NCBI GenBank assembly: GCA_965202585.1
Contig: OZ241826.1
Coordinates: 15,500,001 to 15,564,000 of the forward strand
Length of the DNA stretch: 64,000 nt
Direction of reading: 5' to 3'
Source: Thalia democratica
Taxonomy: Eukaryota
The notes under the pieces were generated by a model. The model ran no database searches. It was given only the letters and a program-made list of their open reading frames with translations, and was not told where the DNA came from. The position numbers and the translations under genes are program-made. How positions within the stretch are numbered: the first letter of the stretch is position 1; the number at the start of each line of letters is the position of its first letter. Below are positions 1 through 13,248 of this stretch, piece after piece.

Positions 1-448
1 GGATAATATTGCGCGATGAAATTTTACACTAAGGTTATTTTTGCACGAAGACACTTTTACACGAAGAGTACTTTTGCACAAAGAAATACTTTTGCACGTA
101 GACACTTTTGCACAAAGAGTACCTTTGCACGAAGAGTCACTTTTACACGGAGACTCTTTTTAACGAAAAGTCACTTTACACGAAGGATAGTAAAAAAGAA
201 ACAAAAAGCAATAAAAAATAAATTAATAAAATTAAAAAAAAATACTGCCCGAGGGTAAGGGGTAACAGTGATAGTAAAAACTAAAAAATAAAATTATAAA
301 AAGAATCAACCCATGCAAAAGTGTCTTCGTGCTAAAGTGACCCCTCGTGGTAAAGTGACTTGTCGTTTAAAAGAATCTCCGTGTAAAAGTGACACATCGT
401 GCAAAATTGACACCAAGCAAAAAATTTCATCGTGCATATTTGACACTT
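1..448. mobile_element. Foldback-like MITE, family A, copy 1
   Basis: Left arm is a tandem array of ~18-19 bp CACTTTTGCACGAAGAG units. The right arm is the inverted array. Ends AATATTGCGCGATGAAATTTT and AAAATTTCATCGTGCATATT are inverted repeats. Central motif GAGGGTAAGGGGTAACAGTGA is shared with the other copies. Confidence 0.8.
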
Positions 449-3400
449 ATATAATAAGACTATTTTAAGCTACAATAGTTTCGAAAATTTCAACTAAATT
501 TTAAAGGAGTAAACTATTATTTTCTGTTATACAGTTTTTCAAAATCCCAATTTCCTACATTAAGAGTTTATACTTTGTAAACAATGCAATGGTGCTCAAA
601 ATTTTTGTGTGTAGTAAAACATAAACCAACAAACTTAAATTTTTAAAATCATAAACTTTGTCTGTTATTTAATTGATTACTCAACCATAACGAATGTATT
701 TTAAAATTTGTCGATTAATGGTTGATAAAACAAGAATAAATTACTACCATAACAAGTTTTTGAGCATAATATAAATCTTTTTGGTCAATATTTTCATTAT
801 AAAAGTATTTTAAAATGTTCTTAATTAACGTTCATTTATACTAAGAGTTATAAGATTTTTTTTAGTCAATATTTTCATAACAAAAAAAGTCTTGAGAATG
901 ACTTTTAAAAAATTCATAATTTACGTTCATCTACACTTAGAGTCATAAGAGCTTTACTTTTGTTTTAAGTTTTAGTTTAAACAAAATAGTTTGAAAAATT
1001 TTAATATGTTTGTAATTAATTTTTTGTTTTTTTTTAGTCTAATAAGTTAATATTAAAGGTTAAATATTTAAAACATTCATTATAAAATAAAACTTTGAAA
1101 AGAGCTAAGTAGTAACAAACTCATATCTTACAATTTATAAACTTATTATTTAAAACAATCAATTTAAATTACTATATTGATATTTTTTAATCAATTAATT
1201 AATTTAAGCTATCTAAATTTTTTTCAGATAAAAAAAAATTATCTTTATTAAGTCTTAGAAAAATTAAAACATTGCATTCAAAGAACATAAAATACAATAA
1301 ATTTTTATTTTTTTAAGTTAGTTTTTTGACTTTTGTATCAACTTTTATACTCCCGAAAATATCAAAAGAATAAGTGTAAATTGTTAAAAACACAACAATT
1401 CAATTTAAGAAATTTCTTAATTTAAAAGCAAATTGTAAAAATAAATTGCATGTAATATGACATTAACATATATTATAAACTGCATTTAAAACCAATAAAC
1501 TGTAGTATGATTAAAAAATTAAATTAAAGTTTCTAAGTTTTCATAAATCAAAATTAAGGTGATTTATTCACCAAAAAATAGAAAGGTTTTTGTCTTTGGC
1601 TGTATATGAATAAACAAGAAAGGTATAAGCTTATACAGCTATGCATTAAAAAATTATTTTAGAAAAAGAAAAATTTTATCTATCTTGTTCCTAAAAGCTT
1701 TGTTTGGGAACTTAATATGATACAAATACAAATTTATAGTGTAAATGTAATTTTGAAACAGAATTTAGTTTAAAACAGTATGATGTATTATTTTTACAAA
1801 TTTTAATCAATATTTATGTAATTGATAATATTCCTCAGTATAAAATTCTTTTGCCGACCTGTTTCTTAGTTTGACTCTCCACTGTACATCTCCTGTAAAT
1901 ACAAGTATAATTTTAAGATACATGTTTAGAAGAAAAAGAAGAAATTTTTCCTTAAAAATTATTGAACTAGAGTATGAGCAAAAGAGGTTTTTTACCTCAA
2001 CACTTTTTTCTTTGAAAGTTGTTTTTGCTATAAAAAAATTTGGGCTACTTAAAGAGAAAAGTAACTAGAAAGTTTCATTTTATTTTGACTTTTACTTAAA
2101 CTATAAAAACTTTATACATTTTTCTTAGAAACAAAAAACCTACTCAATTAGTTTTTTGTAGCTTATTAGTTTTAAAGAAACGATGAATTTCAGTGATCAA
2201 CCACCACCTTGAAAAGTTTGCATCAATATAAATTGCAATGATATATTTTTTTGAGCTTAGTTAAGTAGTAAATTTATTTTGTGTTTGGTTTTTTCCAATA
2301 TTTACATAATTCAAGAAAAATAAAAGATCTTATCAGAATCTTCAACTTATTTACAGTAAAAGCTATGAACTTATTTTTAAACAACATTGTTTTAAATTTT
2401 GCGATCTTAAGTTTTACTTTTATTTTCTTTTATTTAATACTAGTATTTCTCTAATATTTTCAATAGTTAAGCTTAATATAAAAACTAAAAATATGTTTAA
2501 TTACCTTTAAAAAGTTCACTTGGTTCAAAATGAAGTTGTTTTCAAGAGTCCATTTTGAATTTAGCTAAATATTTCAAGTTGTTTGAGTCTGGATGAGCAC
2601 TGGTTGTATTCTCAAAAGAAATCTATAAAGTTATAAAATTTTACAGCTTACATTGAAATGAAAAAAAAAACCATGTAAAAGTTGTTAGTTGAATAAGTTT
2701 TAACCATATAATTATACAATTTACACTTGGACTCAAAATTTAATACAAAATAGAAGAACAAACTTGAATTTTTACTATAATAACTGTTTAAGAGATAGAC
2801 ACATTGTGTATTACTTCAATTTTGATAATGTAAAATTAAAACTCAGCTCTTAAAACTATTTTAAAATCTAGTTTATATTTAGTAATTCTTTACATAAACA
2901 CGAAAAGTAGTGAAAAGAATATTAAGAAAAATAAAAATAAAAACTAACTGTACGAGATGTTAAAAGGTACCCGTGGTGTGCGACTTGATAACTGAACAAA
3001 TCTTTGTGGACCATATTGTAGGACCAAACACTTTGAGCGTCTTTTTATAGTAGTTAAATAGATTATACTAAATTTCTAGGTAGAGCCATCCATATGAAAA
3101 ATAGTATTTTTATCAAACATCATACGAAATATGTTAAAAACTATATTGTTAATATTGTCTAAAACTAATTCTTTATAAAAACATCACAATTTATGTTAAA
3201 ATTAATAAATTAAGCATATAAAAAAATTTAAACTAACAAATTAATACATTCATTTCAACTAATAAATAAAAACAAATTACTTGCATAAATTAAACTACAG
3301 TTCAGTCGCCTATAAAATCAGTAAAAGTTAACAAGCTCAAAAAATAATCTCAAAAAGGCAAGAAAAATAATCCCAAGCTTTAATGCACAACAAATCAACA

Positions 3401-3511
3401 AACTAGATTTCAAAGATTTTAGAGCATGTAAGACCAGATGACTGTAAAGGCTAGGCGTATTTAAAATACATGCAGAAAGATGTGCTAATACGAAAACTCA
3501 GCTTCAAACTT

Positions 3512-4102
3512 CTACAGCTCTCGTAAGAAGAACTGGTCGGTCACCGGCTTCTCCTGTATCTTCTGATATTGCTGATTGAGCAAGCAGCTCTTCAGCAAGT
3601 CCTCGTCCGCGCTGGTCGCGTTGTTCTTCTGGACAATCGACTGTAAAAGAGACTCTTTCAGCAGGGACACCTTGTAATACATCTGCGCCTTGACTTCCTC
3701 GATTTTGTTACTTTCTTCAACTTGCAAGTCCTCCGGGAGCATTTTCTCATCAGTGGTCAGCTGACAACCACCGTCTTCAAATTCAGCCATAAAATCGCTG
3801 TTTTCAGGCTCAGTATCTTTTTTAAAGCCGTCTTCTAATTGCTCGTCTGCTAACAACTTATCACCCGTCATTAACTGGCAAGTTTCTTTTGTATTCTTGG
3901 CTACCTGCATTTTCATTGAGTAAGAATGCTCTTCCAGGTGATGGTGTCCCGATGCTTTGATTACAAGAACTTCAGCGCCAAACTCTTCATCCTGAAAGTT
4001 TTCAGTTTCGTAAAACCTACTTTCATCATGAAGCACTTCAACCTGATCCGATGAAGAAATTTCTTCAACGTGATCGATTCCTTGGAGAAATTTGATGTCC
4101 AT
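3512..4102 (-). CDS. Orphan acidic 196-aa protein, single coding exon
   Basis: ATG-to-stop ORF clearly more GC-rich than its flanks. D/E-rich, with internal repeat CQLMTGDKLLADEQLE / CQLTTDEKMLPEDLQVE. No family recognised. Confidence 0.65.
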   Translation of the reverse strand: MDIKFLQGIDHVEEISSSDQVEVLHDESRFYETENFQDEEFGAEVLVIKASGHHHLEEHSYSMKMQVAKNTKETCQLMTGDKLLADEQLEDGFKKDTEPENSDFMAEFEDGGCQLTTDEKMLPEDLQVEESNKIEEVKAQMYYKVSLLKESLLQSIVQKNNATSADEDLLKSCLLNQQYQKIQEKPVTDQFFLREL

Positions 4103-4492
4103 TATTAATTTTTATTTTTAGTGTTACACTACCTGTTATAAAATATTTCAGTGTTTAAACAATGTTTTTACTTTATAATAAATGTATAAATTTAACTCTC
4201 AGTTTCTTTAGCCTGTTATTTCAGCTGTTGTTAACATTTAAGGTTGTGAAAATTGATTTCTGTTTTTAAAATGTCTTTAAGTTAGCAACTCATAGTTAAA
4301 AGAAAAAAAGAGCTTATTGTTAAATTGTAGTTTTATAGATATAAATATACAGATGCATTCAGTAAATTTTTCAAAACTAACTATGGGTTCGTTTAGTTTG
4401 AATAAGCTAATAAAAATATTTATGATGTATATTTAGAAACAACTGTTATATATCAAAGTTTAAAAGTTTCTGGGTATGAAAATTGTTGGAAC

Positions 4493-4994
4493 AGGTCAAA
4501 TATGCATTAAGGGACACTTTTGCACGAATACACTTTTGCACGGAAGTGTTAATAGAAAGTATAAAAATAGAATAAATAAAAACGAAGAAACAAAAAGATG
4601 AATTAATAAAAAAAACAAATAAGTTACCGACTGAGGGTTAGCGGTAACAGTGACAGCAAAACTAGATTAGAAAAATGAGTTATAAATTAAAAGTATAATA
4701 ATAAAGATAAATTTGTTAAAAAAAAAAAAACAAAGAACAAGGGTTAGTAGTAACAGTGATAGCAAAAGTGGTAATAAAAAAAATAATTAATAAAATTAAT
4801 TACAAAAAAAAATAAGTTGTTAGAAAAAAATAAGAATTAAAAGTTACAAACAAGGGTAAGGGGTAACAGTGAAAGTGAAAAAAGTTAACATTGATAAAAA
4901 ATTTAACTTAATTAAAAACAATTTAAATTGATAAAAACATAAAAATAAAAAACTAAGCTGTGCAAAAGTGACCTGTCGTGCATATTTGAATCCT
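4493..4994. mobile_element. Foldback-like MITE, family A, copy 2
   Basis: Ends AGGTCAAATATGCA and TGCATATTTGAATCCT. Subterminal CACTTTTGCACG units. Three copies of the central GGGTWAGNRGTAACAGTGA motif. Confidence 0.8.
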
Positions 4995-6578
4995 ACCAGA
5001 AAATTTTAGAAGCACAGAAAAAAAAATTAATACAACTCACATTAATAATATATTATCGTGTCTAGCCTTGTTATATTTATATTTGCATTATAAAAAACCC
5101 GTTTTAAGTAGGTCATCGTAAACATTCACAGTTATCAATGAAACGATTAAATATTGATTAGTTTAATGATAATGATAGCTAATACAAAATACAATCAACT
5201 AGGATAAACTTTAAAGACTATCTTTAAAATTTTATTAATTAAGTTTTTTCAGGTTGTTTTTTAAAGCATTCCGTTAACATATCAAACATTTAAATAAAAT
5301 TGCAGTGGAATACTAGTCCATTTACTAAATGAAACCATGTATAGAAATTTGACATTTTAATTCAGAGTTTTCCATACTTTCTTTCATAAAACCCTTGCTC
5401 AAAAAATTAATGTTTAATACGCCTATAACTTTTTCTTTTGCTCTTCATCATTAATTCTAAAGTATCTAAGGTAATTTTTAAATTATGGCCTTATACTCTC
5501 CCCCCTTTGTAGCTTGTGGTCCCCTAAATTTTTCAAATACCGCTATTTTGCAGAATCTAATTTAAATGGTAAAACACGAAAATTATATTAAATATAAGTA
5601 AAAACTATCCAATAGATATAAAAAAACAGTACTGATAATCAACATTGGCTAACAAAGTAAATTAAAAATAGTCTGATTTATTTTAAACTTATATTTTTTA
5701 AATCAATATGACTTCTGTAACATTGTGTTTAAAAAAAAATTGCATAAATATTGGCCATTATAAAATGTAGAATTATGTTATTTACTTAATTAATTTAATT
5801 AGCTAACCATTTTTTTTAAATGGTTTTAAATCTGATTTTTTTAATGTCACATTTAAGACAAATTTATTGTCTTTAATTGTAAATAATCATCATTAGTTAA
5901 AATATTTTTTTGTTTAATTTATAAAATTATATACTGTCAACTTTATAAGAATATATCATTTATAATTCTTAAGTAATATTTTCTTATAAAACGTTGTAGA
6001 TCAACTTTTAAGTGAACAAAATTAAAATAAAAAATAATAAAAGAAGCTATGTTATTGAACAAATAAAAATCTGTCAAGAATTAAAATCATTTTTTAGTTA
6101 TGTTTATTACAATGTTTTAAAAAACAGCCTTAAAAATATATGTAAGTGCTAATGTTATACTATATGTTTCTAGTGAGCCAATATTTAAAGTCTAAAGAAG
6201 CTTTCACTTTGAAATTTAGAATAATTAAAATATTACTAAAATAATTTTTTAAGAACTAAAATATTAACTATTATTCAAAAGAATAATAAAAATAAATGTT
6301 CTTACAAGGACTTTCATTTTAAATTAGTATAAGTTTAGTTTCGCTTTTTAAAATTGAGTAATCAATAAAAACATGTTTAAGATCAAGGAAATTAAACATT
6401 AAATTAAGTAACTGTACTTAATTTTATTATTTTCAATGTAGTAGTGTAATTGAAGAGCTTTAGATTCCAGACAGTTTAGATATCCTTATAGAAAAACTTC
6501 ATTATAAAAAAAGGCGATTACGGCATATACGGTGATTTCTAAACTGAAAAACTGATTGTGTTGTAGTTGTCACTAAAG

Positions 6579-7297
6579 TAGGGGTGGGCAACGTTTTTCA
6601 ATCAACTGGCAGATCCGAAAAAAATAAGTCTTTTGCGGGCCGGAGCATTTCGAATTAGTAATTTACCGGATCCAGTTTCTGGATCCAGCCAAAATATGAT
6701 TTTTTATATCCGAATCCGACTGGTACTAATTTTAAGTCGAGATCCGGATCCGGCTGGATTTTAATTATAAACGAAGTTTTAAATCCGGCCAGATTCTAAT
6801 TTTGTGGATACAGTTGATAACTTTTTTAAATCCTTCAAATTCACAAAACTTTCTCAAGTCTGATAACTTAAGATGTAGATTGAGACATGTCAGATGTTTG
6901 AATAATGTCTATAAATGGAATTGACATTGTAATTAACAAATATCGTACTTAAAAAAACACTTTGCTTGGGGTAATTTGGCAACAATAATTTCCAACTAAG
7001 TTAGAACAATATAAACTATTAGGACAAGATAGTGTATTTAATAGTACACATAAATTTATAAAGTATATTTTAGCATGTTTTTAAAGTCAAATACTTACAG
7101 TTTTGTTTTGTAAAAGTATTATAAAAATTTTATGAAAATTTTGTAATATTGACCCTTCGCGGGCCTGCCACTTTGCTCGCGAACCGGTAATTTTCATTTG
7201 CGGGCCAGATCCCACTAACTTTTATAAAACGGTCGGGGCCGGTCTTTTTCACTCTGCGGGCGGATCCGGCCCGAGGGCCGTACGTTGCCCACCCCTA
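6579..7297. mobile_element. hAT (Charlie-like) non-autonomous element
   Basis: Perfect 16-bp TIR TAGGGGTGGGCAACGT / ACGTTGCCCACCCCTA. Degenerate 8-bp target duplication CACTAAAG vs CATAAAAG (6/8). GCGGGCC-rich subterminal motifs. Confidence 0.85.
6660..6812. repeat. GGATCC/CCGGAT-rich segment nested in the hAT element
   Basis: Repeated CCGGATCC, GGATCCAG and ATCCG motifs, unlike the rest of the host element. Confidence 0.5.
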
Positions 7298-10200
7298 CAT
7301 AAAAGCATAAAGATTTTATTTGAAATTTTTCACTTCACTCGTTTTACAAAATATAGTGATTTGTGTTTCAAAGAATATTGATTGTCGCATTTTTTAGAAT
7401 TTGTTAGTAAGTTACGCATGTGGCTTATGCGTACTTTATACATATCACTACTGTATACGGTTTTTTTAAAGTACGTCATACATATTTTACTATAGAAAAT
7501 GTAAACTAGCACGCTTTTGAGTTTACTGATAAATTCAAACCGAAATTTAAATTATTAAGTTGTTTTGAAAAAAAAAGGAGCACCAAGTATGCAGTTATTT
7601 TTCATTTGTGTTTGAATTCAAATCAAAGTACTTTACAAAAATTCATCTCTTTTTAACAAACTAAGTTGAAGCAATGTATTGTTTAAAGGCTCTTAGTGTT
7701 TGTAAATCTTTAGAAACCTAACAGCTTATTTATATAGTTTAAACAGTTTAAACAAAACAAAGTTGTTATTAAAATCTTATAATTTATGTAAACAAAAACT
7801 TATCAAGAACCGAATAAAGCAGCAAGTAAAATACCTTGCATTATTATTTTTGTTTTCAAAGTGTAAAATCAGCTGAAAAAACTTTAATTACTATTTATAT
7901 CAATCCTAGTTAAACTTAAATAAACGTAGTTTTACTGCAGTTAATAAATATATAAAATGACTATAGTTCAAAAGGAGTACATAGGTAGTAAATGATTGAG
8001 TAATTTTGTTCAGCTTTATTTTATCAAAATGTAATAGAGCTTTTTTTATTTTTTAAATGATGTTTGCTAATCAAAACACAAAATACAGAAAGAAAAGTGT
8101 GAATCACAACTATGGTCATTAGATTTGTGTAGAAAGACATTCTGTGATCAGCATCATATGGTATATTTTATAAACATTGCTTAGAAGAAAAATGTATTTT
8201 GAAATCAAATTTACTTCATAGAAAAAGATAAAATAATAGCTTATGTGAATCTTTTAGTTTCTATTATTAGTTTTGTAGAAGTATATGAATATAAAATATA
8301 AACATAAAATTATGTTATTTATTCAATTGTTTTGAAAATTAGTGATTTCTTAACTTAATCAAACTAAACACTTTAAAAAATTCAACAATTCTTATACTTA
8401 TTATTTGAAATACTAAAATATCTATTTTTTAAATAACTTCAAATCATTCATTTCTATGTTTTTAAGAAGAAAGAATTGAATAATTCAGCTAAATTAATTT
8501 TACCTACTAATAATTAATTACAAAAAAAAAATGAAATATGTATAAAAAAAAATTTTCTATAAAAGTTTCTATTAATTTAAAAGTTATTTTTGCTTTTCTT
8601 GATTAGTAACTAAAGTGAAAACAAATGCAAAAAAAAAAAAGATAAGATTAATAAATTAATTAAAAATTAATTATAAACAAATTAATTTTGGCTTTATGAC
8701 TACTATGATATCATAAAGCTGCACTATAAGTAATAAGTAAAAATTACTTAAAAATTTGACTACTAAGTAAGATGAGCAAAAATAACTTTTAAAATTAAAA
8801 GAAACTTTTGTCGAATAAAGAAATTTTGAATAATTTTCAATCTTTTATTGTTTTAATATTATTAGTAGGTAAAAGTTGTTAATCTGCCATAATTAAGTCT
8901 TTCTTCCTAAAAACATACAAATGAATGATGCTAAATTTTTTTTTAATTATTGTTGTAATACAGTTGTAAACGTTACTATGTATTAAGATGTTTTTTGAAG
9001 TATTTGTTTCCTAATCTTTTCAAGTATAAAAAAATTGGTATATATTGCATAATTAATTGTTGCAAACAACAGCACATTTTCATTAGTTAAGCTGTAATGT
9101 TTTAGAGATTTTTATAATATAAAGTAACATAATAATAAAAAATAATTAATTATAAACTATAACAAACTAACATTAAACTTAAACTAAAACAACAATTGAT
9201 ATACTTTTGATTATATTATATAGTGTAACTATGTACATTACTTCAAATTTTAAAATGCAGATATGCTCACTTTATCATTACGCCACCTATATTTCAAATT
9301 AAGCAGGACTCAAATTTGTAATTAATTAATATAATTAATTACTTAGACAAATTAATAGTAATCTTTTAATTAATTGTCTTCATTAAAGTTAACCTTTTAT
9401 TGAATATTTCGACTTCTTTTTTTTGTTTTTAATAATTTTTTTAAACAACTTATGATAAACATTTAATAAAACTGGCAAATAAATAAATAAACAAACAAGT
9501 CTCGGCAGATTTAAACGGTTGTATATTACTAACTATAATGAAAGTTAAAAGAGAAACTAAGTTTATGTGTAAATAGTTTTGAGTCAATAATTTTTTAATG
9601 GTTTTTGTTGCTAAACCTGAGCCAGTATAAATTAGGCTTTTTTAAGTTTAGTAGTTACACAGCTAAAATCATATAGAACTAGTTTGTCCAAAAAAAAAAA
9701 TCTTTAGCTTTACCAAGAACTAAATTTAAAAATTTATATTTATAAAGCTACTTTGAATAAAATCTATATGTTATACTTTTAACTTAAAATTTCTAAAACT
9801 GTAAAAGTTCCGAACATCTTTATAAACGATATAAACAATTACAAGTGTTACAAAATTTAAACGTTCAAGTATAACAATTAACAACACTTTTTAGTTAACA
9901 ATCTGTCGAAATTTGATAAAAAATAAGTAGTTGTTTTCTTTTAAAAATTATTACGTTATAAATTGATCATAGCTTCAATGTGTTACATATTAGTTTCAAA
10001 CTCTATAATTTCTAACTTTATAAAGTTTTGTTTTTTAAATCCATTAAACTTCACAATACCTCACTATATACCATGATTCAATTTTTTGAATATATAGGTT
10101 ATAATTTATTAAATTATAGTTAAGGGGTTTTTACCATTAATATTTTTCTTAATGGTTTCTTTTTTTTCTTCAATTTAATTTTGTCAAAATAAAAATATTT

Positions 10201-11419
10201 CAAACAAATTCTAAATTATTTCTTATATTTATTTTTATTATTTTATTACAGATCTAAAACTTGAAAATCCGCTCTTGGTGAAACATATTAATTGTTTTTC
10301 TTTAAAGTTATAAATTACTAAAGAAATAGATACTTATACACATGTCATTTAATTTAAAAAAAAATAATTTAATGGTTTCAAAAAATGTTTTATGTTGTCT
10401 GAAAATCTTAATATTTTCCTCTTGTCAAATAACGACTTTTAATAATGTTAAAGATTAATAACTTGACGTATGCTTTTAATTATAAAATTGTATATGGCTA
10501 TAGATTTCATCTTAAACCACGTTTAACTGCAATCTTTATTATTTACATATGAGTAATAGTTTAAACTGTTTCTGTGTTCACAATACCACAGTAAGAGGAC
10601 AACTTTGTTTGAAAAACCTGAAAGTGCAGACTGTAAACTTTTTTGATAAAATTAATCTTTTTTAAATTGTTAAGATATTTTAAGAATAAAAACTGTTTAG
10701 CGACGCTTATGTTGGTTAATAAATTTCGCTTTTACTGTTTATTTCATTTAGGTAAATTAAAAGGGTTTAAAAAAATCGCTTTTAAATTCTAAAAAATGCT
10801 TTAAACTACTTTATTAAACTAATGAAAGTTACTTTGTTCAATTACTGTTGTTTTTTTAATAATCACAACTGTTGTTGAAAAACTAATAGATTTTTAAATT
10901 AGCTATTTTTATTATACATTTTAATATCAACTTAAATCAGACTAAGGTTTTCTATACAATGTTTTATAATAAACTTCTTGTGTAGTTTGTTTGAGCAAAT
11001 GTCAAAAAGTTATACTACATCTATACAGTAATTACATCTAGCTCTCAATTCTCAATCTAAACACATTTAACTTACTTAATTGCCCCTTACATTTTTTACC
11101 CAAACGTACTACAAAAGTTACTTCTTAAACTTTTTTTATTTTTTTTAAATATGAAACCTACATATTTCAAAATATTATAACAACTTACAATCTAAAGCAA
11201 TCTTTTTCCACTTATTTTAAGGATGCTCTAAAATATACAAAATAGTATTAAGATGAAAATCAAATGTTTCAAACTTAAGCATATTAATAACAATTGATGC
11301 AACTGCTTTATTTAAACCAAGATACAATTTCCAACAATTTAGTTCCACAAGTTTACTTTAAAAAAAAAACTGGTAATAGTAATTGTTTTCAGGGTCATAA
11401 AGTACGAATTAATTAATTA

Positions 11420-11690
11420 TAATTTATAGATTTTTAGGATGGGTAGAAGTATAATATGCAAGAAGGGAAAATTTTGCACGAAGGACAACATTCATATGGA
11501 GAATTATTTGCACGTGCAGTGACTTTTGCACAATACAATCAGTTGAGCTTGTGTCTTAGAGTTTAATCATAGCACACTTACCAAAACTAAAAAACATTTC
11601 TTAATCAACATATAATCACTCTCAGATTCTAGAATTTCCTCCATGACATACATTCGGTTATCATTGTCGTTATCAACAATGCTTCTTATA
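11420..11690 (-). pseudogene. Decayed paralog of the PARP-like gene at 19548
   Basis: Minus-strand translation YVMEEILESESDYMLIKKCF matches YSIEELSPKQKDYKLIKKCF (11/20 identical). It is followed by a stop, a MITE fragment, then KIYKL* (paralog KIYRV). Confidence 0.6.
11436..11533. mobile_element. MITE family A, truncated left arm
   Basis: AGGAT...AATATGCA start followed by TTTTGCACG units. Confidence 0.6.
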
Positions 11691-13248
11691 TTTTGTAAGT
11701 ATTAGTTAGTTGACAACAATTTTCTTTGTTTGATGTATAAAATTTATTCGTAAAGATCATATATACCTTTTTAATTTCTGTAAAGATAAATTATAAAAGA
11801 GTACATTTTATTTATAATTTGTCTTTAGTAGTTTTACACTTATTTACTTATGTTTATAAACTAAACTTAGGTAGCATTTTTTATCTAAATAAAGCATAAC
11901 TGAATATGTTATTTAAAACTTAAAAGTAAACACATTTTATCTTATACATACATTTTTATACTTAACAGCTAAAATTTTTTATTTAAACATATTTATACGT
12001 TAAATTTATTAATGTTATTTATTTTAAGCTTTGTTAACCAGTCTATCTATTAAATCAAATACTTATTTATTTTAAAAGTTTGGTTTTAATAAAGATAGAT
12101 AGTTTTGTTCAACATTATAAAAAACATCTCTACTTTTTTTAAACTTACCACAATAAGGTAATTTAATTCGAATAAGAACTTTGAACGCAGGTAAAAAGTT
12201 TTTATTTAATAAGAAGAGCTTACCTAAAGTTATTGTTTGTTGTACTAATGTTTATTAAACGACCTAAAATGATCGCTCAAAAAGCTTGGTTCAAGGAGAA
12301 AAAAATATTTAGATCATCGAGTCATACACCAAGGTTACAGCTTATTATCTTTTCAAAAACCTAAAAGTTTGTAATTAAGGGTAGAGAGTGTTGTATCGAA
12401 ATTTAGTTATCATTTATAACTAAGTATTAAACTAGATTAAGACCAAAAAAGTGAATTGCAGCTTCATATTAAATTAATCAACCGGATGCGGTCAAGCGTG
12501 ACATTTATATATATAATATTTTACTAAAAAAAAAGTTTTGGCTTTTTTCTGTCCACTATAAAAACTGATCACGTCACTTCAACTATTCTACCAAGAATTT
12601 AACAGAGTGAAGCTTAACAGTAGTTTAACAGTTAACTAATGACAGACAGTGCTTTATTTTTTAAGTGCTTTAATACTACCAGCGCTTTAAGATTTAAATT
12701 TAACTAAAATTAAGTTTAAGATTTTAATATGTTAGTTTTTTCTTAAAATAAAACTAGAAATAAATATTCAATTGTCTAACGATACTTAAATGCAAAGAAC
12801 CTTAAACAATTAAGTTAAGAAAAAGTTTAAATGTCTTTACAAAAATAAACTCTATAATTTCTTAGTAGTTAATAATGATTAAGAACTACAGATTGATAAT
12901 GGAAATGAGTAGTTGGAGTTAGATAAAAAATTAAATTTTATTTAAACTAAAAAAAAACTAAAAATCTTGTAATTTAAATCCCTGAAGAAAAATTTTCAAA
13001 ACCTTGAGAAAATTTGCCGAAAACATTTGGCAACTGTGTTTATAAGGTTTGCAAAATCTTGTGCTGTGGAAAACATTTGTTTTCTAATTGAAGTTTTGCT
13101 ATATGCTCTAAGAACTATATTACAAGTAACCAGAAATGATTATAAAATGGTAAATTTGTAAGAATTTAAGTTTTAAGAACTGGTAAAGTTTTCTAATTTG
13201 GTTTAAAACTTACTTATAATTACTTTCCAGCTATTTAAACCTTCTAAA

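Noticed and set aside
16-258. 80-aa ORF with repeated TFARR motifs
   Set aside because: It is a translation of the MITE tandem array.
2483-2615. Exon-like minus-strand segment faintly similar to Kelch exon 1
   Set aside because: In-frame stop and only marginal similarity.
8089-8160. Possible Cys/His mini-exon KCESQLWSLDLCRKTFCDQHHM
   Set aside because: I could not link it to convincing neighbouring exons, and its composition is like background.
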